A stretch of DNA of 48,012 nucleotides from a virus (taxonomy: Duplodnaviria > Caudoviricetes): IMG/VR virus record IMGVR_UViG_3300037742_000067, positions 1 to 48,012 of that record. The stretch is one strand, 5' to 3'. This document shows, in pieces, positions 36,255-45,435 of the stretch. The notes under the pieces are model-generated. The model made no database searches, was not told where the DNA came from, and saw only the letters and a list, made by a program, of their open reading frames with translations. The position numbers were made by a program, and so were the translations under genes. Numbering within the stretch: position 1 is the stretch's first letter; every line of letters starts with the position of its first letter.

Positions 36255-36362
36255 GACCGAACCCGGGTGGGAGCCCCGGTGGCCGTCAGACATTCCGCCC
36301 TGGCTAAGGACTCGATGCCGTAATTGACAAGTGTCCTAAGTTGGATTGACTGTCAACGGTTA

Positions 36363-37319
36363 TTATCCGCCGTTGGACAGAATCTTTTTGCCTACAGTCT
36401 GCGCCCACTTCTTCTCCGCTTGCTCCTCGGACAGGTCGGGGAAGCGGGTATGTGCCATCGCCTTGTACTTGGACGTCATCCCGATCTTCCCGTTGCTGGC
36501 TCCGTTGGCGCTCCCGTTCGACCCAGCGCTGATCCCTGAGTAGCGGGCTTTGGTGGCGGCGTCGGCGGGCGGCGGCCTTCCGAGCTTGAAGGCGCGGCGG
36601 GCTTCGGCTGCGGCGGCGTCGGCGGTCTCCCAGTTGTTCGGCCTCCCCTCGGCCTGGACGGCGCGGAGGAAGGTCATCTCCATGAACCGGGCGGCTTGTG
36701 GATTGGCGACCACGTCGGGGTACCTGGTCTGAATCTGAGCGCCAACGGCCGCTTCCTGGGCCTGGGCCTGGTGATTCGGCGCGTACTGCCGCTGTTGCTG
36801 ATCGCGGTAGTAGAGCTGCTTGTTGACGGAGATGTCGTTGAGACGCTGCTCGGTGGCGGTCCACTCACCCAGGAGCCGTTGCTGCTGCTCCGCGTCATAC
36901 TTCCCTTCGGCCGTGAGGATCTTCACCTCATTGGCCAGGGCGAGACGGCGCGTTTTCACCTCATCGGCGGCGACCTGCCAGGGGTCGTACTGGGGCTGGT
37001 TCGCTCGGTTGGCCTCCACGTAGGTCCGGGCGGCCGTCTCGGTGGCGATGCGCGCGGTGCGCTCTTCGTTGAGCTGCCGCTCGGCGGCGTCGGCGCGTGC
37101 TTTCTCCGCCTCGGCCGAAGCCTGGGCTTCCTTGAAGCGGTTCTGACGACGCTCGCGGCGCGCGGCCTTCACCTCCTCCGTGTCACCAGCGGAGGCCTCT
37201 TCGTTCGGGTCTGGCTCTACAGGGAGTTCCTTGACCGGGCCTTCCTGCTCCTCGGCCTCTACGGGCTCCACCGTCTTGTCGTCATCGTCATCGTCGAACG
37301 GGTCTTTCTTGATAGCCAT
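36363..37319 (-). CDS. Capsid scaffolding protein
   Basis: Acidic N-terminus, long coiled coil, C-terminal helical hairpin; between portal and capsid genes. Confidence 0.75.
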   Translation of the reverse strand: MAIKKDPFDDDDDDKTVEPVEAEEQEGPVKELPVEPDPNEEASAGDTEEVKAARRERRQNRFKEAQASAEAEKARADAAERQLNEERTARIATETAARTYVEANRANQPQYDPWQVAADEVKTRRLALANEVKILTAEGKYDAEQQQRLLGEWTATEQRLNDISVNKQLYYRDQQQRQYAPNHQAQAQEAAVGAQIQTRYPDVVANPQAARFMEMTFLRAVQAEGRPNNWETADAAAAEARRAFKLGRPPPADAATKARYSGISAGSNGSANGASNGKIGMTSKYKAMAHTRFPDLSEEQAEKKWAQTVGKKILSNGG

Positions 37320-37333
37320 GGGTCTCTCCTTGT

Positions 37334-38059
37334 TTACAGATCGTCTTCGGCCGGGGGAAGCATGCGCTCCCTGGCGATTCCATTGCCGTCAGCCAAGAGG
37401 TGCTCGGTGCGTACCGACCCGTCTTTGCCAACAATCTCGTAGGGGACGACCTTCATCGCCCCGGTGCGCATCGCAAGAGACACGTCCTCCGATAGGACCA
37501 GGTCTCCCTCCCTGGCCAGGGAGACGCGCTCCCACTTGCCGGCGATGTAGTCGACCTGAATGGAGTACACCGTGTTCTTGCAGAAGTAGACGATGTGGCC
37601 TAGGTCGATGCCGTTCGAGCGGAGAGCGTCCAGGGCTCTCAGGCCGGCTCCGATGATGACGCCTCGGGGAGCTTCGCGGGTGTCCTTCTCCCGCGTCTGA
37701 TCGGACTTGTAGAGCGTCCCGCCCGCTCCGCCGATGAAGTGCTCATCCTCCGTGCATTCCGACAGGAGAGGGATCTGCCAGATGAGTATCCGATCGTATA
37801 CGGTCCCAGCGGCGACGCGAAAGGCCCCATCGGGAATCTTCCACTTGAGGCGACGCTCCTCGAGCAGGGGAGGGAGGTTGAACGTTCCCGGAGCTGCGAC
37901 GTGGCGCTCGCGCTCCATCTCGTAGTTCGACTTCACGAACGACAGGAGCCGCTCCTTGGCCACTTCCATGTCTGCCGGCTGCACGCCGAACTTGGCGAGG
38001 TCGAGCTTCTCGACGTCAATCTGACCGTTCTCCTCTGCCTTCTTCTCGTCTTCCATCAC
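37334..38059 (-). CDS. GroES-like co-chaperonin with N-terminal extension
   Basis: DRILI...GG.LY..D...E....GVIIGAG......GH.VYF...E.DL. Confidence 0.7.
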   Translation of the reverse strand: MMEDEKKAEENGQIDVEKLDLAKFGVQPADMEVAKERLLSFVKSNYEMERERHVAAPGTFNLPPLLEERRLKWKIPDGAFRVAAGTVYDRILIWQIPLLSECTEDEHFIGGAGGTLYKSDQTREKDTREAPRGVIIGAGLRALDALRSNGIDLGHIVYFCKNTVYSIQVDYIAGKWERVSLAREGDLVLSEDVSLAMRTGAMKVVPYEIVGKDGSVRTEHLLADGNGIARERMLPPAEDDL

Positions 38060-38277
38060 TCCACTCCTTTTTCGAACAGCTCGAGCGCGCTCTCCAGCGC
38101 TTTCACCCGTTCCAAAGCTCCACGCACGTGAGGGTCAGACGATGACGAGCAGGCCCCGCGCAGCGTGCTCACGGCCGCCGCATGGAGCGTCTGGACGCGC
38201 TTCTTGACGTGGCCCGTGTAGAGGTGGCCCTTCCAGTCTTCCCTCGCGTCGCCGATGTCAATGTCTTGCTGCGCCAT
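38056..38277 (-). CDS. Small head-module protein
   Basis: SD GGAGG; follows the portal gene. Confidence 0.7.
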   Translation of the reverse strand: MAQQDIDIGDAREDWKGHLYTGHVKKRVQTLHAAAVSTLRGACSSSSDPHVRGALERVKALESALELFEKGVE

Positions 38278-38280
38278 CTG

Positions 38281-40488
38281 TCATCCTCCGTTGGGCATTC
38301 CTTGGGCTCCCGGTGCGCCGGGCGGCGACGGTGGCCTGGGAGGTTGCGGAGCGCCCTGGTAGGGCGTGTTGCCAGGAGCCGCGCCGTTCTGAGGAGGTTG
38401 TGGCTGTTGCTGTTGCTGCTGCGCCTGGGCCTGCATCTGCTGCTGTTGCTGCCCCTCGGGAGACATCGGGTCTGGCCCCAGGTACGCGAGGAGGTCGTAC
38501 TGCTCACGGGCCATGACGCACTTCTTCATGATCTGGTACATGAGCCCAGGATTGGCGGCGGCCTGCTGGGGGAACTGCTTGGTGAACAGGGTCGCCAGCT
38601 CATCGGCCTCGGTCACCCGCTGGGCTTTGGAGGTGAACCTCAAGTCTGCCGTGACGGTGAACCGGTAGTTCCGGTCGTAGAGGCTCCGCTTCACCGGGAA
38701 GGACTCCATCGGAGCTCCGCGCGCTTTGGCGACGGAGATGATCTCCTCATCCGGCATGTAGATGCGGTTCAGCTTGGCGTTGTTCTTCGCCACGTACTCG
38801 AGGTCATCGGCGAACTTGCGTGTAGTAACTGAAATCTGTTTCGTCGCTTGCTCGACACGTGAGAGTTGGAGCTTTGCCGATTCCCCACTTTTCCCAGGCT
38901 CTCCAGACAGAACCGATGGTGACTGCATTGAACTCGCGGCCCACTGGTAGAGCAGACTCACGCCGTTGATGAGCTCTGGAGAAGGAGGAGCCGCTTTCAG
39001 CTCCATGATGTTCGCCTTGATCTCCTCCCCCGAGAGACCCACCACTTCGTTCATCGCTCCAGGTCCCCATTTGAACTCCTCCTTGAACTTCACCTGATCG
39101 CTCTTGATGATGCCCCAGATGTTCGAGAGCGTTGCCGCGTCGATGTATTGGTTGAACATCGTATTGGCCGCTCGGGAGATGTCGCCCTGCATCCCGCCCC
39201 AGCCGATACCGAGCGTGCCAACCAAGGGCTCGATGTTGACGAAGTGGGTGAACAGGTAGATGGGCTCCGTCTTCACTTCCTCGGGCTTGGCCTCGGGGTC
39301 GTCCGGGTTGTCGAGCCACGTCGGCGCGATGGGAGCCTCGGGCTTCATCTCGAGCGCGCTGGTGAGCGTCTGCGCCACTTCCTGCTTCTGCTCGGGTCCC
39401 ATAAGGTCGCCCATGACGAGCGCTTCCTGGGCCGTCTGGGCCACCTGCTGCTCCTGGTCGGCGATCATCGCGAGGTAGTTGGCGTTCTCCGCCCGGTAGC
39501 CTTCCAGCTCGGCGAGCTGCGCGTTGTACCGCTCGACGTCCTGCCAGGCGGGTTCTTCGAGCAGGACCAGCTCCATGACGAGATGGGTCTTGTAGTCAAC
39601 GACGACCCGGCACCACTTGTCCTTTGACTGGTTAGGAAGCTCGAGCCAGCCCTCGAACCAGATCATCCGGTGAGGAGCCACCGTCTCGCCCGGGTCGATG
39701 CCAGTCGTCTTGGCCGTCTTCTCCGACAGGAGAAGCTGCGGCTCGTCCTGGTGCGTAGGCTCGTCTTCGAGGACCTCCTTCACGTTGGCCCAAGCTTCCA
39801 TCCGAGCCTGGAGGTCGTGTTTGTAGAGGTTCAGAATCTTGGAGTAGTGCGGGCAGTCGGAGTAGTCCGGCTGAGTGGACGTGTACGTGAAGGGGACGGT
39901 GAACTCGTCCGGGGTGATGAACTCGTGCCGGTTCGACCTTCGCCGCGCGTCGTAGAACGAATGGCAGGTCAGGTCCCCGATGAAGAAGAACCCGAGCATG
40001 GCCCGGTACATCTGTCGTTTGAAGTCGGTGATCTGCTCCCGTATCTGCCAATTGGAGTGAGCGGTAACGAGTTCCGCCTCTCCTTGCGCGCCCGGCCCCA
40101 TGGGCACAGCGCCGAACACGCTGAACCAATCGCCGAAGAGTTCCCCGAAGGCTCGCATCGAGTTTCTGGAGATGTTCTCGATGATGATGGGCACGTTCGC
40201 ATTGGCGCAATCCTTGAACGGGTATTCCTTCGGCGGTAGGTCCCCGGTGAAGAGGGCCCAGTTTTTGGCGACATTCTTCCGGTACTTCTCCGAGCTGTCG
40301 TAGCACTCGTCGTGCTTTTGGATGATGTCGTCGCCGAGAAGCTTCAGCTCCTCTTTGCCCGGTTCGTGCTTCGCCCATTCGAGCGCGATGTTGGGCACGT
40401 TGAGGTCGTACTCGGGGAACGGCATTCCCGAGTCGAGTCCCTCTTCGGGCAATTCGCTATCCGCTTCGCTCTTCTTTTCGTAGGCCAT
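38281..40488 (-). CDS. Portal protein with Q/P/G-rich C-terminal tail
   Basis: 735 aa directly after TerL; PF..CAN..VP, NQ.IDAATLSN motifs. Confidence 0.88.
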   Translation of the reverse strand: MAYEKKSEADSELPEEGLDSGMPFPEYDLNVPNIALEWAKHEPGKEELKLLGDDIIQKHDECYDSSEKYRKNVAKNWALFTGDLPPKEYPFKDCANANVPIIIENISRNSMRAFGELFGDWFSVFGAVPMGPGAQGEAELVTAHSNWQIREQITDFKRQMYRAMLGFFFIGDLTCHSFYDARRRSNRHEFITPDEFTVPFTYTSTQPDYSDCPHYSKILNLYKHDLQARMEAWANVKEVLEDEPTHQDEPQLLLSEKTAKTTGIDPGETVAPHRMIWFEGWLELPNQSKDKWCRVVVDYKTHLVMELVLLEEPAWQDVERYNAQLAELEGYRAENANYLAMIADQEQQVAQTAQEALVMGDLMGPEQKQEVAQTLTSALEMKPEAPIAPTWLDNPDDPEAKPEEVKTEPIYLFTHFVNIEPLVGTLGIGWGGMQGDISRAANTMFNQYIDAATLSNIWGIIKSDQVKFKEEFKWGPGAMNEVVGLSGEEIKANIMELKAAPPSPELINGVSLLYQWAASSMQSPSVLSGEPGKSGESAKLQLSRVEQATKQISVTTRKFADDLEYVAKNNAKLNRIYMPDEEIISVAKARGAPMESFPVKRSLYDRNYRFTVTADLRFTSKAQRVTEADELATLFTKQFPQQAAANPGLMYQIMKKCVMAREQYDLLAYLGPDPMSPEGQQQQQMQAQAQQQQQQPQPPQNGAAPGNTPYQGAPQPPRPPSPPGAPGAQGMPNGG

Positions 40489-40490
40489 GG

Positions 40491-41990
40491 TCAGATACCG
40501 TATCCGAGTCTGCCGCGTTTATCGCTCACTGAGTCCTTCTCTTCCGGCCGTTCCCACTCGTTCACGAGAGCAGGCTTCGGCATGCCCACTCGCCCGCGAG
40601 AAACGTACGCGCAGGCGTAGCAAGCGTTGTCGTGCGAGTGGTCGTCGCCGCCGTCTGCCGGGACCTCGATGTCGTCCGGGTCCGTCTGAATCATTGGGAT
40701 GGTGCGAACCATCTCCCGGCAGGTGTTGAAGACGACGAAACCGGGAGCTGTCTTCCCGTTCGAGTGGTCGCGGAGCCTCGCGACGAGTCGCTCTGCGTTG
40801 TGCTTTCGGGAGAGCTTGTCGGCCTTCGTCCAGTAGACGCCCTTCGACGCCATGACCGCCGCCTTGGTCTTCGCTGTCTCGCCGCGCTCCTCCCAGAGTT
40901 GCGTATCCGCTGGGCCTGTGAGAAGGGACCGGCCCTGCTTCACCATCCCTTGGGCCAAGTCGATCTCCATGATCATCATGGCGACCTGGGCGTCCGTCTT
41001 CTCCTTGAAGCAGAGTTCCCGGTAGCAGTAGAGGTTGTTCTCGTCGTCGAGTGCCCACCAGTAGGCTCGACCCGGGTTCTTGAACCCCCAGTCGAGGGTA
41101 CGGAAGCGGGGCCAGTTGTCGGGAATCTTGAATGGCCGGCAGACGTGAATCTGCGGGTCCCACGTGTCGCCATAGAACGAGTCCGCCGTCGCGTACCAAT
41201 TGCCCTCGAGAAGCGCCCTCTGGATATGCGGCTTCATCGAGCGCAGGCGGATCTCGTACTGCCGGACGAACTCCTTGTTCGGGTTGTCGGAGAGCTTGGC
41301 AGGGAGGTATAGACGCGTCGTCCAGAGCACTTCGCCTGACCCGAGGACGATCTTCTCCTTCAGAATCTTCCGCCCCTCGGGGCTCGGATCGACGAACCTT
41401 CTCCTCACCCAGTGAGGATCTCGAATGACGTACTTCTCGTTCGACATGCGCTGAACGAGCGGGTTCGACATCGCCACGGTTCTGAGCATTTTCATGAGCA
41501 CCGGGTCGGCCGTTCGGACACGGGTCCGAATCTGGTCGTACTGCGTCTCGAGAAACTGCGTCAGCTCGTCGAACGAGACATGCGTGTACTCGTTCGAGTA
41601 GTAGTTCTCCCAGTCGTCAGGGTCTTTGCAGTGCCCAGCTTGCCATTTGTACCCAGAGGAGAACTCCCACAGGTTGTCAGCGCCGTACCACTTCACCTTG
41701 GGGTCGATGAAGGGGAATATTTTGCGCGTGCGCTCGATGGTCTGAAGGAGCTGCGGGACCGTTCTGCGGAGGTGGAGCGCCCAACCAACGGAGTTGCCCC
41801 ACGTGAGCGGATACGGGTGGTCCGACGCCTCCTCGCACCGCTTGTGCTCCGTGTAAATCTGCGGATTGGGGTCGTTGATGAGGACTTCGGTCTTCCCAGG
41901 TCCTGCAGAGCCTGCGCCGAGCAGCTCGTCGACAATCGTATTGTGGTACGCCTGCCCCCAGGCCGAAGGGGTGTAGACGTGCTCGCTCAT
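40491..41990 (-). CDS. terL: Terminase large subunit
   Basis: Walker A GSAGPGKT, Walker B VSFDELTQF, SNP coupling motif, nuclease LDWG...DH.HD; ATG 41990. Confidence 0.93.
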   Translation of the reverse strand: MSEHVYTPSAWGQAYHNTIVDELLGAGSAGPGKTEVLINDPNPQIYTEHKRCEEASDHPYPLTWGNSVGWALHLRRTVPQLLQTIERTRKIFPFIDPKVKWYGADNLWEFSSGYKWQAGHCKDPDDWENYYSNEYTHVSFDELTQFLETQYDQIRTRVRTADPVLMKMLRTVAMSNPLVQRMSNEKYVIRDPHWVRRRFVDPSPEGRKILKEKIVLGSGEVLWTTRLYLPAKLSDNPNKEFVRQYEIRLRSMKPHIQRALLEGNWYATADSFYGDTWDPQIHVCRPFKIPDNWPRFRTLDWGFKNPGRAYWWALDDENNLYCYRELCFKEKTDAQVAMMIMEIDLAQGMVKQGRSLLTGPADTQLWEERGETAKTKAAVMASKGVYWTKADKLSRKHNAERLVARLRDHSNGKTAPGFVVFNTCREMVRTIPMIQTDPDDIEVPADGGDDHSHDNACYACAYVSRGRVGMPKPALVNEWERPEEKDSVSDKRGRLGYGI

Positions 41991-42310
41991 AGCGTCTGAC
42001 TGTATACCCAAGCGCCGGTTGGGTTCGCCGCCAGATCACTCACGCCCGGAGTACCGGCCGGATCAAGGTAGTAAACGTCGCCCGTCTCGGCGTTGGTCAT
42101 CTGCGTGAACTTCATCATGTTCGTCGTGTCGACGAGAAGAATGTCCGCCTCGTTCTCTTCAATCTGGTAGGCGAGCTGCGGTCCCAATTCGTTGAACCGC
42201 TGGCGGAGCTCCGCGAGGACAGGGCCGATGACGCGCTGCACTTCGCGCACGAGTTCTTCCGGCTCCTCGGGGTACTTCTTGCCGAGCTGCCTCTTGACGG
42301 GGTCGATCAC
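41987..42310 (-). CDS. Hypothetical protein (possible virion protein)
   Basis: GTG 42310 coupled to upstream stop; GDVYYL...TPG. Confidence 0.6.
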   Translation of the reverse strand: MIDPVKRQLGKKYPEEPEELVREVQRVIGPVLAELRQRFNELGPQLAYQIEENEADILLVDTTNMMKFTQMTNAETGDVYYLDPAGTPGVSDLAANPTGAWVYSQTL

Positions 42311-42708
42311 TCTGACCTCGTGAAGGGCTCGAGCATCTTCTTGAGCGCCTTGTAGACCTGAGCGCGTATAGCTGGCTCCTTCGGGCCGTTCAGCATGAAG
42401 TTGGCCCGCTCCCTTTCGGAGAGGGACGCCCATTGCTTCTTCGCCTCCACGTGCATCCCGAGCATGCCGCAGAGCGCCCGGTCGGTGGCGTAGGCGACCT
42501 GAATCGTCTGCCCAATGGAGAACGGTTCAGGATGTTCGTCAGGCACCCACTCTTCCTTGCGAAAGAGCATCGTCGACTGGTCGTACGGGCGATCGTACTT
42601 GATGTGTTGCTTGCCCTCCCGGGTGACGAGGTACGCCTTGTCCCCGGTGGTGTAGTGCCGGAAGAAGACACGCTTGCCCTCGGGCGGGTCGGAGTGGGCG
42701 TCTGTCAT
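42307..42708 (-). CDS. Hypothetical protein
   Basis: ATG 42708 overlaps the upstream stop. Confidence 0.7.
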   Translation of the reverse strand: MTDAHSDPPEGKRVFFRHYTTGDKAYLVTREGKQHIKYDRPYDQSTMLFRKEEWVPDEHPEPFSIGQTIQVAYATDRALCGMLGMHVEAKKQWASLSERERANFMLNGPKEPAIRAQVYKALKKMLEPFTRSE

Positions 42709-43133
42709 TTGCTCGCCTTCAGGACTTCCATCTCTTCGTACACCGGGAGAGGCCCAGCCATGTTGACCACGATCATGTTGAGGGTCTTCGCGGGGGCGTT
42801 CTTGACGGCCTTCACCTTGGCCATGCCGACGAGAGCATCCTTTGCGATGCGGAGCCCAACTGGAGCGTCCTTCGCTGGAAGTAGCCCGTACTGGGCCGTC
42901 CTGAGGCGCCTCTTGGCGGCAGCCTCTCCAAGCTCCTCCACCCACCCAGCCGGCATCTCCGGAGCCTCGGGGTCGAGGTCGACGAAGTGGAGGGCATCGG
43001 CGATGACCGTGGCCGACTCCTGGTGGAGTTCCTCCTCAATCTCGCCGATCCGTTCGGCCCGCGACTTCACGATGCCGGCCTTCTGAACGGGTACCATCTC
43101 GTCAGCCGGCATCGGAAAGTCGGAGTCCATCAT
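42705..43133 (-). CDS. Hypothetical protein, terminase small subunit candidate
   Basis: Helical with C-terminal beta strand TLNMIVVNM; upstream of TerL; function inferred from position only. Confidence 0.5.
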   Translation of the reverse strand: MMDSDFPMPADEMVPVQKAGIVKSRAERIGEIEEELHQESATVIADALHFVDLDPEAPEMPAGWVEELGEAAAKRRLRTAQYGLLPAKDAPVGLRIAKDALVGMAKVKAVKNAPAKTLNMIVVNMAGPLPVYEEMEVLKASK

Positions 43134-43432
43134 TGCAATATGGGGGAAGTCCGAGGGACGATCAAACTGGTTTCTTTGACGTCGGCCGTCATCGTCATGA
43201 TCTTGAAGCTCGTAATGCCAAGCTCGGCGAAGAGCTGTGGAACGGGCATGACCCCGCGCGGGCCGGTAGGTGTCACCTCGGTCACGTGGCAACGCTCGAG
43301 CTCTCGGAGCATTCCCTCTGCATGGGCGACCATCTCCTTCGCGAGTTCCTCATTGGCGACAATGCCGATGGGGTGAAGGATGCATGTCCCGTTGGCCCCA
43401 AGGATCTGACGAAACACCGCGATTGCCTTCAT
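43130..43432 (-). CDS. Hypothetical protein
   Basis: ATGA overlaps at both ends. Confidence 0.7.
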   Translation of the reverse strand: MKAIAVFRQILGANGTCILHPIGIVANEELAKEMVAHAEGMLRELERCHVTEVTPTGPRGVMPVPQLFAELGITSFKIMTMTADVKETSLIVPRTSPILQ

Positions 43433-43653
43433 ACGGGGAACTCGGTTGGCAATGGGAGCTGCCCGTCCATGCTCCCCCTCTGGATGTCTTTCACCTCGCG
43501 CGAGTGGGCCCAGTCCTGGACGAACCGCACGATGCGCACCCCAGCGTCAGGCGGGAGCCGTTCGAGCTGGTGGGCAATCTTCTTCATGACGTCCACTTCG
43601 AGCGCCATTCCTGTCTGCTTCGGTTTCGCTACCGTCTTCTCGGTCTTTCCCAT
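43429..43653 (-). CDS. Hypothetical protein (74 aa)
   Basis: SD AGGAGG then ATG 43653. Confidence 0.7.
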   Translation of the reverse strand: MGKTEKTVAKPKQTGMALEVDVMKKIAHQLERLPPDAGVRIVRFVQDWAHSREVKDIQRGSMDGQLPLPTEFPV

Positions 43654-43685
43654 GTTTCCTCCTGAGCGGGGCTTTCCCGCTACAT

Positions 43686-44375
43686 TCACACCGCGTTTTC
43701 GGGCGGCTCGGTGTCTCTTCGGGCCAGATCATCCTCTTCCCTGGCCAGGTCGACAAGGCTTATCAGGACGGGCTGCTGAATGGACTCGTCCGCCCGGTGC
43801 CGGTACTTCACGATCCAGTAGTTCAAGGCCGCCACTTCCTTGGAGATGTGGCTCCCGGTGGAGTGCAGCCACCACGGGTTCTCGTGTGCCTTGTTCATCG
43901 GCGGCTTGGCCGATCCCGCGTTGTACGCCGCCGCTACCCGAGGGAAGTCGTTCCCGTAGGTCTTCATGTGCTGGCCGACGTACTTGGCGCCAATCTCGAG
44001 GTTCTTCGCGGGGGCAAAGAGCTGTTGGTCGGTGAGCCCGCCAACCCATCGCTCCTTGCCGTCGTCGCCCTTGACCTTCTTGGCGCCCTTCAGGGCCGGG
44101 TAGGTGATCTGGAGGAGCCCGACCCCGGTCCACCCGTTCGGCTCGCGCAGGAAGGCGTTGGGGTTGCCGCCGCTCTCCCGGAAGATCATGGCCTGGAGCC
44201 ACCCGTCAGGGATGCCGTAGGCTTCCCCGTAGACGCGGCAGAGCCCGCCCCAGTTCTTCTCCACCTTGTCCACGAGGGCGGCCTCGTCGCCGACCAGCGT
44301 GAGAGCACGCTCGGCGCCCCCGTCCTGAATGACCACCATGCCATCCTCCCGAGTCCGCCACGTGTACCTGTTCAT
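43686..44375 (-). CDS. Lytic transglycosylase (SLT domain), probable endolysin
   Basis: AMI.RESGGNP.A, GLLQI, NLEIGAKY, AAYNAG. Confidence 0.9.
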   Translation of the reverse strand: MNRYTWRTREDGMVVIQDGGAERALTLVGDEAALVDKVEKNWGGLCRVYGEAYGIPDGWLQAMIFRESGGNPNAFLREPNGWTGVGLLQITYPALKGAKKVKGDDGKERWVGGLTDQQLFAPAKNLEIGAKYVGQHMKTYGNDFPRVAAAYNAGSAKPPMNKAHENPWWLHSTGSHISKEVAALNYWIVKYRHRADESIQQPVLISLVDLAREEDDLARRDTEPPENAV

Positions 44376-44575
44376 GATGGAAGCGCTTCCCCGTGCTTTC
44401 TCTCACGCCAGAGCCGCATTGGCTTGCCCTCTGCGGTCTCCACAAGTTGCCCGCGCATGGGGATAATGAACGTCTGGCCGGTCCACGTGCGGCAGACAAG
44501 GTTCTCCCCTTCGACGGAAACAACCTCGCCTACGACGCTTTCACCGGGCCAGGGACGTATCCACTTGCCGAGCAT
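44372..44575 (-). CDS. Small SH3-like hypothetical protein
   Basis: First gene after the 44582-44610 promoter; ATGA coupling. Confidence 0.65.
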   Translation of the reverse strand: MLGKWIRPWPGESVVGEVVSVEGENLVCRTWTGQTFIIPMRGQLVETAEGKPMRLWRERKHGEALPS

Positions 44576-44581
44576 ACGCTA

Positions 44582-44610
44582 GAGTTACTTGACTCCTGCT
44601 CATGTGTCAA
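44582..44610 (-). promoter_or_regulatory. Sigma70-type promoter for the endolysin/packaging operon (leaderless geometry)
   Basis: TTGACA-N17-TAACTC-N6-ATG; contains CTCATG. Confidence 0.6.
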
Positions 44611-44620
44611 GCGCCTCGAG

Positions 44621-44639
44621 AACATGGGACAGTGTCCCA
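44621..44639. repeat. Palindromic site AACATGGGACA-G-TGTCCCA (copy 2)
   Basis: 18/19 identical to 4902-4920. Confidence 0.85.
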
Positions 44640-44923
44640 CATTCTGTTCCAGTCTGGGCGGTGACACTGGTGTCAGTCCCTATGGCGGGCACACGGGTCG
44701 CTCAGATCCGAGCAGCTACGAGAAGGGGCTGTCGAATCAGCAGAGGCAGACTCTGTACTTCTCATCTGTTGTCTGATTCCGGTTTCTCAGAGAACCAGAC
44801 ACTTCAGAACTGAGAAGCAGATCCGGAGCAAAGCACCCATGCCAACTCTTGTCAACACTTCCATGGAATCTCCATGGAACCTCCACACAGCCTGCACAAA
44901 CCTAACCCCCTACCGATGCCCCA

Positions 44924-45154
44924 TCAGGGGTTAGGGTCACCCTTCCTTGGTGGCTTCTTCGGCAGGAGGGCGCGGTCCTTCATCCACGAGGGCAGCGGTG
45001 CCGGTGGTATCCAGACGCGAGGCGGCGGCGGAGCGTGGGGGAACTTCTTCTCAAACCAGACGCGGTTGTCGTCGTCTTCCTTCGGCTCTGCCGCTTCGCA
45101 CGGACCACGCATCATGGACCGCTCGCGGTCCTTTGCCCAGTTGACCTTCGCCAT
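44924..45154 (-). CDS. Small Pro-rich hypothetical protein
   Basis: ATG start; high GC3. Confidence 0.55.
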   Translation of the reverse strand: MAKVNWAKDRERSMMRGPCEAAEPKEDDDNRVWFEKKFPHAPPPPRVWIPPAPLPSWMKDRALLPKKPPRKGDPNP

Positions 45155-45169
45155 GTTTATGCAGGGAAT

Positions 45170-45355
45170 TTAGCAGAATCTACGGCGTTTTCCAGGCGGG
45201 CCGAACGCTCGCGGCTCTCTCGTTTCCTCCCATTCGCCGAAGGGAAGGATGAGCTGCTCGTTCTTCGGAATGAGCTCCTTCGGCCTGACGACCTCGCGGA
45301 GGTAGACGGGGTCGTACTCACGGATGAGTCGCTTTACAGTGTTGGGCTTGTGCAT
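45170..45355 (-). CDS. Small hypothetical protein
   Basis: ORF only. Confidence 0.45.
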   Translation of the reverse strand: MHKPNTVKRLIREYDPVYLREVVRPKELIPKNEQLILPFGEWEETREPRAFGPPGKRRRFC

Positions 45356-45435
45356 GCCGGGAGAGATAAACTACTCCACAGCTTTTCCCATCCGTCCCTG
45401 GTCATAGTTAAGCGAAAACGGGCGTGATATGCTGC

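Noticed and set aside
36363-38292. Portal and scaffold both end in NGG (ubiquitin-like di-glycine)
   Set aside because: The portal's GG codons double as the next gene's SD, and no conjugation enzymes are present
44828-44845. Second sigma54 promoter on the - strand (TGGCATGGGTGCTTTGC)
   Set aside because: GG to GC spacing is 12 nt rather than the required 10
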